A DNA stretch of 58,133 bases, the filler included, from Basidiobolus ranarum (lineage: Eukaryota), in assembly GCA_040143965.1 (NCBI GenBank). It is 6 parts of 6 records of this genome, joined end to end, with 100 filler letters (N's around TTAATTAATTAA, not from the genome) between each part and the next. Parts side by side here need not be neighbours in the genome. Positions count along the whole stretch, not along the records: positions 48,551 to 58,133 come from JASJQH010000804.1; 5 more parts are not named here. One strand, 5' to 3'. This document shows positions 49,704-58,133 of the stretch, in pieces. A program made the translations under genes and the position numbers. Under the pieces are notes generated by a model. The model saw only the letters and a program-made list of their open reading frames with translations, searched no databases and was not told where the DNA came from. Numbering within the stretch: position 1 is the stretch's first letter; every line of letters begins with the position of its first letter.

Positions 49704-50591
49704 ATGCCTTTCCCTAGATCTCTACCAAAGCTTCTCATCTGTGATGTAGATGGCACACTTCTGAATCCCTCAGAGAAAGTATCTTATCGTACTTCATTAG
49801 CGCTTGCTAAAGCCCAAGCTGCCGGTATTATCATTATGATAGGTAGTGGCCGTTCACCCAGATCTATTCAAAAAGTGATAGATCAATTCGAAGGACTTCT
49901 TGTTCCTGATGACGTGATCTGTTGCAATGGCGCATTGAGTTACAACCCAACCACAAAACTCGTTAGCTTTCCAATTCTCTTGAAGAGCTCCGACGCCAAA
50001 GAGGTAGTCCAGCAACTTCGCCGCCACATAGGTGAAGAATTAGGAGGTCGACCTGGCTTTGCCTGTGAAGTCTTATCGGATTCATTATCCAAGGAAGGTA
50101 CCTCTTTTATCTGTGATAAAGTATGGGAAGCTCAAAGAAAGCACACTATTTATTATAACTATACCGTTGTCGATAGTATGGAGGACTTTTTGAGTTCCGA
50201 AGCAACTGATGAAAGAGTTGCTCAAGGAGTAGTCAAGTTGCTAGCCTTGGATCGGGATAGAAATACTACAGTACTCTACGAGTCACTACCTACTGAATTA
50301 GCCCACTCGGAGAAGGCCACCTTAACCTTGAGTGGCCCATACTTCTTGGAGATTTCTTGCTTAGGAGTCAATAAAGGAAGGGGCTTGGAAGCTTACTGCA
50401 ATGGCCATGGGATCGACGCAAAGGATGTGGTAGCGTTTGGTGATATGTTGAATGATCTTGAGATGCTGTCCTGGGCTGGAAGAGGTTTCTGCATGGGTAA
50501 CGGTCACCCTGATGTCAAAAAGATAGCTTATCGAGTCATTGGAACGAATGCTGAGGATGGTGTCGCCAAAGAAATCGAGGACTGGTTCTAG
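49704..50591 (+). CDS. Cof-type HAD-IIB family hydrolase (phosphatase)
   Basis: Motif I DVDGTLL, motif II SGRS, ICCNGA, LEISCLGVNKG (motif III Lys), FGDMLNDLEML (motif IV), NAEDGVA. Intronless. Confidence 0.93.
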   Translation: MPFPRSLPKLLICDVDGTLLNPSEKVSYRTSLALAKAQAAGIIIMIGSGRSPRSIQKVIDQFEGLLVPDDVICCNGALSYNPTTKLVSFPILLKSSDAKEVVQQLRRHIGEELGGRPGFACEVLSDSLSKEGTSFICDKVWEAQRKHTIYYNYTVVDSMEDFLSSEATDERVAQGVVKLLALDRDRNTTVLYESLPTELAHSEKATLTLSGPYFLEISCLGVNKGRGLEAYCNGHGIDAKDVVAFGDMLNDLEMLSWAGRGFCMGNGHPDVKKIAYRVIGTNAEDGVAKEIEDWF

Positions 50592-50897
50592 CCAGCGCGC
50601 TGTTGGATTATTTAGATATATCATAATTTTTTAGACCTTTTAGATACTTAGTCATAGATAAATAAACACCTATTGTTCCATCAATTTCAATATGTTTACT
50701 TCACTTGAGTTAGAAAACATATACGTACGTACTACTACACATGAGTGGTATTAACCATGTTTAATACACCAAGAGGCATTTATAGCAACAAAAAAGAAAG
50801 TGTAGACAAAATGGATTGTTTATGAATTCATTAGTGGGTACATTATTGAGTAAGAAGACATTGTATGTGAACGTAACAAAACAGTGTATGGTGTGTA

Positions 50898-51359
50898 TCA
50901 AATGCTAGCTACTATACCGGCTAGAACCATCGATAGAATGGCCATTTGACTGGGATTGAGACTACCAGCAGCGTTGAGAATATTGTTTGGATTAGTTTGA
51001 CCAGTAGAACCACCTGACTGTGCACTGGAAGTCGTGGTGGTAGGCTGCATGGTCAAAAGTGAAGTGGGCACAAGTAGACACCATTTCTCTACCTCCTGGT
51101 TTTGACGCGGCAGATTAGAATACACTGAGGGGTCACTAGCACAGTAGGTAATACATGTAGCCAAATTCTGAGCCTGTCGACAATTGCAAAAGTCGTCTGT
51201 TGAAAGACAGAGAACTCCCAGAGCGTTAGAGCGACACTTATTGTACATTCCTGCATATTGGGCTGTACATGTGCTATTAACAGGAAGGTCTGGGGCAAAA
51301 TTTTGTGCGGCGTGAGATACACTGACAATAGTAGCGATGAAAAGAGATACAAGCATCAT
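50898..51359 (-). CDS. Secreted 8-Cys, probably GPI-anchored surface protein
   Basis: MMLVSLFIATIVSVSHA signal; eight Cys including CNC and C-x3-C; T/S stalk; omega-like NAAG and hydrophobic tail. Confidence 0.85.
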   Translation of the reverse strand: MMLVSLFIATIVSVSHAAQNFAPDLPVNSTCTAQYAGMYNKCRSNALGVLCLSTDDFCNCRQAQNLATCITYCASDPSVYSNLPRQNQEVEKWCLLVPTSLLTMQPTTTTSSAQSGGSTGQTNPNNILNAAGSLNPSQMAILSMVLAGIVASI

Positions 51360-51797
51360 GCTAATTAGTAGTGTGGAAGGAAGGAGAGAAGGAAATGGAT
51401 TGTGGACAAATGTGAACAAGTCGGAGGTCACCCTAATAAATAGCACCTTCCATGCACAAGCTTTATAATGAAGAGCTCACACTACAATGAAGCCTTTGAA
51501 GACATAATGAATTGACCAATCATGACTACTGGACTGTTGATCCCGTCTACATTATTAGAGTCACGGTGATTATCAAGTGAATAATGAAGCACTCGCGCTT
51601 GCAATTTACGCTTATACTTGATGCACCATCACGCAAGATGAAATTAGGAATCTTCTCCCTCCCCTCTCGTACATTGCGAGTAGTTAAGATGATCACGGTA
51701 ACATTGACACAGAATAGAGGATGCGAGTAAAATGGGCCACTGATAGAATAGAGTATTGAGAGTAGAATAGAGCATTATGAATAGAGGAGAATACAGC

Positions 51798-51840
51798 CTT
51801 GTAAGTCGACATTAACAGTCTTGTAAGTCCACATTAACAG
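51798..51840 (+). repeat. 22-bp tandem duplication next to GAATAGAG repeats
   Basis: CTTGTAAGTC(G/C)ACATTAACAG occurs twice; GAATAGAG recurs at 51712-51787. Confidence 0.8.
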
Positions 51841-53686
51841 CGTTTAATAGAAACAATTCATTCGCAGCAAAAGCGAACATCAAACCACCCTGTATGTAGC
51901 TCCTTATTAAAGGAGGCAATAAAGCTTACTTTTTCCCTGATTGATAGACAAATCGACAGAAACATCTATACTCATGTGAAGGGTATACGCGATGCTCCAA
52001 CGTAGACACTCTAATTTACAATGATGATGCAGGGATTGTATATATCTATACATACATTAACTTCACTTCATTACTACAAAAACTACTGGTTCGTGATTTG
52101 CCTAAAAGAATGCGTTTGCCTCGACTAGCCATCCCAAACTGCTACTTTACCCTTTGATATGAATTTTTGACTGAGTGGCATTTGGGACACTCCGACTCTA
52201 TCCACCATGTTGCAAGTCAACAATACCAACCAAGAGAGTGCTATATATTTGTATTTACTGAGCAATAAGCTGACAGCCCAAAAAGTATGTTTCTTATATC
52301 AAATCAAATTTCTAATATGGTAGAGCTTCAACTAGCGTTCGAATTCAATATCCGTATAGGTTCAACTAGAAAACTAATATAAAGAGATTACAGTATTGAG
52401 ATAGAGTTATGATCTAAGCCTAACATTAATAATAAAGATTAGTCTATCTCACATACGAAAAAAACTGATAGAGTATATTGGCATTGGAGACTCAGAGCTT
52501 GCATGGTCTTGATGAACGCTCAAACGGGAAACATTTGTAAAGATCTGGTGATTTAAAGATATTTAATCTCATTATCCCAAGCAATATTCTTAGACGCGAA
52601 GAAAATGGTTGAGATAGAGCTTACGAATCGAAATAGAAGACATGGAATGTGCTAAGTATCCAGTTTTTATTTCTCAAAAGAAAGTATTCTTATAGTTTCC
52701 TTAATTTTTAAAGATATAAATTCCAAGGATGGACTGGTTTCGGTGATTGACAGTCATTGTCTCGAAGTTATTTGTATTCAAGAACTAATTCCCTTAATAT
52801 ATGGTAGTGAAAGTATGAATGCCACTGAATAAGAAATGAAGCATATTCGTAATGAAACGAAAGCCTCGAGTTATTGAAAATCACTAGTCACATTCGCTAG
52901 GGAATCCTCTTTTACTTTCAAGCCTACCTGTCTTAAATCACCACTTGCCTTGAACACGGTTTAATTCTTTCTTGACTCGTGTCTTGATATGAAAAGTGGA
53001 CTATTATATGTGGGACATCCAAATCTATAATCGTAACCGTTATTTAAGAATTATTATTCCCAAGTACTGAACTATAGTATATTGGTTGTTCTAGACCTGG
53101 AAATATGGATATAAAAGTGATATTTAGTCCCAATTTGAACGTATCTAGTCTCATAATATCAATAGGAGATTCTTGGACTCTCACCAGATTGTGTCAAAAT
53201 CGGATATTTACATGGTCAGTATTTTCTTTACCAGTTGTCAATCGCATTCCGATCACATGTAACCAATCCTCATGACATCAAGAGCAATTATGCATGTACG
53301 CATTACATGGAAGAACATCAAACTACACCGACAAATTACACCCAAATTACACTCGCTTTATATAGTGGGATGATGGAAATTAGGTAGTTTCAGGAATGCT
53401 TCATTGATATGATTGCGAGGATTTTCGATCCCTCTAAGACAGTTCTAGATTCGTTCAAATTGTGTGGATTTCTTTGGAATTTTTTGCTAGCATTTATTTA
53501 TCCTATGTCATTTTCCAAAATCATTTGATCTTCTAATACTACTTCTCTATCACAACACCCGCACCCGTACCCGTACCCACACCCACAGCACTTTAGCAAA
53601 TCCCTATTTTGTATAGTTCCTTTTTACCGTTTGGTTTTTCAACCCATTTTCCAGAAGCGTGATTAGAGTAGAAAGTAACTGAGAGA

Positions 53687-55492
<1,806 letters not shown>

Positions 55493-56213
55493 AGCATCCA
55501 CGCAATCTTAGTTTTTTTACTATTCAGGATGAACCCTTGGTTAGGGTTTCAGGAATGATTTATTTATATATATCTATATATATATGTATATTTGGCTCAT
55601 CCCCAAGTCAATCTTTATTTCTCAGAGTACCATAAACATGCGATACGATTTTTTTGATCCCCACCAATCAATGAGCGAATACATCTTGACTTAGCGCTAT
55701 TTTGTCACTGGATTTTGGTGTGAATAAAGTGGTACGATTTTTCTTTTTGTATATCAGGCTTGTAGTTGATTTTGACATGATGACCTCATGATCTTCGATT
55801 ACAAACAAATCGGAATATACTGCACAAATATGACACTTGGATATGTAGTTGAATGGAATCCACAGAAATCTAATTTTAGTTGCGACTTTGGAAATAGGGA
55901 CAGATCATTTCCAAGAGACATGGTGATTCCATTGGTACGGTTTTATTACCAGCTCAATAAATTCAAGCCTTGCTAGTTTCATCAATAGTAACCGTCAACG
56001 ATAGTACAATATTTTGGGTCATCACCAACTGGATTGCCTGGAATGCTAACCCACACTTTTCAGATTGCTCCAATCAAAACTAGCCAAGCTTGGATCTATG
56101 TTATATAATGGATTCCAAATGATCAGACACGTCTGTAGAACCTCCATAACCTGAATTTCGACGGATTATTTCAGTATTACCTGCTTCCCAAACACAACCA
56201 TTGTACAGACATC

Positions 56214-57270
56214 ATGGAGCGCAAACGTTCAATGTTTCAAAGCGATTATCCACCAGGACATTTACGAAAGCTCACTCTCTCTTACCTGAAGGATTGGATC
56301 GTTGTTATTGTGCTCACCGTGGGATTCTTTCTAATAGACAAAATTCCCCCTTTTCATAGAGATTTCTCTCTACAAAACAAGTCGATTAGCTACCCGTTTA
56401 AAGAGAAAGAAATCGTCCCCATATGGCTAGGCGCGATATTCGCCTTTGTGGTCCCTTTGGTGGTACTAGTATTTATAGCTTTAGCAATCAAACGTAGTCC
56501 TTATGACTGTCATAATGCTCTACTAGGGCTATGTTTGTCGCTATCGCTAGCGCTCATGTTTACCGATGTATTGAAAATCACAGTCGGACGTCAACGCCCT
56601 GATTTCATAGCACGGTGTCAAGTTCGTTACGAAAATGGACAACCTCCTCAAGATCCACTCCTTGGCTTATCCACTACCTCTATTTGTACACAAACAGATG
56701 AATACATATTCAAGGACGGTATTAAGAGTTTTCCCAGTGCACATACTTCTTGTGAGTAATCCAATGATTTCTTGTTAGCATTTTCAACATCACTAACTTC
56801 ATTACTATGCAGTGGGATTTGGTGGTTTAGGATTTCTCAGTCTTTACTTAGCGGGGAAATTACATCTATTTGATGAACGTGGACATACGTATAAAAGCTT
56901 TCTAGTTGCTTTACCATTGATAGGTGCTTTATTGATTGGTATCTCGCGCATATGTGACTATAGACACCATTGGTCTGATGTGTTCATCGGAGCAATCATT
57001 GGGCTATCTACGGCTACCTTTTCCTATCGACAGTATTATCCATCATTAGGAATCAATAGATGTGACAAACCATTCTCACCGCGTATACCGCGACCTATTT
57101 CAAAGGTGGTAGATACAGTTAGTGAAAATGATTCACTGGAAAACCCGGAACAATTTAGCTTACCTCAATTTAGTGCATCCAATACCAAAAGCAGTCAGCT
57201 GCATAATGTCGTGATAAATCATCAGCAAACACCAGAGCCCAATTCTCACTATCCGACCACTCCATTATGA
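56214..57270 (+). CDS. DPP1: PAP2-family lipid phosphate phosphatase (Dpp1/Lpp1-like), 2 exons
   Basis: C1 KITVGRQRP, C2 SFPSAH, C3 SRICDYRHHWSDV; intron 56752-56812 (GTGAGT...GCAG); several transmembrane segments. Confidence 0.9.
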
Positions 57271-57497
57271 ATTAGTTAATAAGCTGGTTGGTCTTAGTTT
57301 CCAAGTGTTTATATCAATAAATCATATAACAAAGAACCGGAAATTGTGTGGAAATTCATTCAATTTCTTCCTACTATATAGCAATCACGCAACTTATTCT
57401 TATTCGATGATAACGTTCAAGGTAATATGGTCATTGTTCAGTCTTCATATCGAACAACTCTAAATACTCTCGTTTGAGTTTCAACGCAGTGACTTGA

Positions 57498-57775
57498 TTA
57501 CGTGTGAGGGAATATTACATTAGCTCTGGCTAGTTTGCGAAGAATGTGTTTGTTTAGTAAACTATAGTTACCTCGAATGTTCAAGAATTTTTCTTTGGAC
57601 TCTTTCAGAATAACTTCCATTTGTTCTACATCATTTAACACGCTAGAGTTGGCCAAGTTCAACATTTCCAGTTCATCTTGAATATGTAGAATTGCTCTAT
57701 CTATTTTCACTTTTCTGTTGGAAAGTTGTTCAGAAGGGGTGTTTTCCACTTCCATTGTTAAGTTTGAATTCATTC
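57498..57775 (-). CDS. Possible short coiled-coil protein or last exon
   Basis: Heptad-like IDRAILHIQDELEMLNLANSSVLNDVEQMEVILKESKEKF; possible acceptor TTGCAG just upstream; no family recognised. Confidence 0.4.
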
Positions 57776-58133
57776 TGCAAGAATATGTGAGAGTTACAAT
57801 ATACATTCCCACGCTGAGGTTGGTATCCTTATTAGTGTATAGCATTTAATGAATGCGATGGTGAGGCAGCGTTAGTCAATATTTCAATGCTATTCCAAAA
57901 TGAGGGCGAAAAATGCTTCCGCAGTCAAGTATGAAATATCCAATATCCTAGCATGTGGAAATGACCCAAATCAACATGACTCATATTGGAGAAGGGTAAC
58001 AGTAAATCTGGTTCCAATCCCAAATAAGGTAAATTTTCACTCAGAATTAAATCCTATTTAAAGGAAGGATGTGAATTATAACTGACTTAAGAATAAAATG
58101 ACCAAAACACATAGTGTCACGTTCGAAGATGTC

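Noticed and set aside
55530-55592. Short hairpin (TGAACCCT...AGGGTTTCA) and TA microsatellite after FBP26
   Set aside because: Weak stem in a 3' UTR; bacterial-style terminators do not apply here.

Overview
Eukaryotic, AT-rich fungal DNA with short GT-AG introns. The gene content fits an early-diverging zygomycete-type fungus; Basidiobolus is plausible but is only an inference. The window is not one locus. Five identical 100-nt spacers (N44-TTAATTAATTAA-N44) join six contigs of steadily decreasing length (9625, 9616, 9613, 9606, 9590, 9583 nt), so gene order across spacers carries no information. Contig 1 is the most interesting: a Gly/Asn-repeat secreted protein, a frameshifted KP4 killer-toxin homologue, copia relics, a secreted CBM19-type chitin-binding protein, and an intronless 368-aa protein with a class I terpene-synthase layout but non-canonical motifs resembling the ABA3 family. 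Contig 2 holds a tandem pair of almost identical 145-aa secreted Cys proteins with a gene-conversion-like identity profile, bracketed by inverted repeats. Contig 3 has an orphan membrane protein, a CREG-like fragment, a GPI-type protein and a PiT/Pho89 phosphate transporter. Contig 4 is CpG-depleted, decayed copia/gypsy sequence. Contigs 5-6 are mostly housekeeping: UGO1, PP4 regulatory subunit 1 with a GC-AG intron, a Kre9/Knh1-like protein, a Cof HAD hydrolase, a GPI Cys protein, PFK-2/FBPase-2 and a DPP1-like PAP2 phosphatase. All family assignments come from motif recognition by eye; no database search was run.
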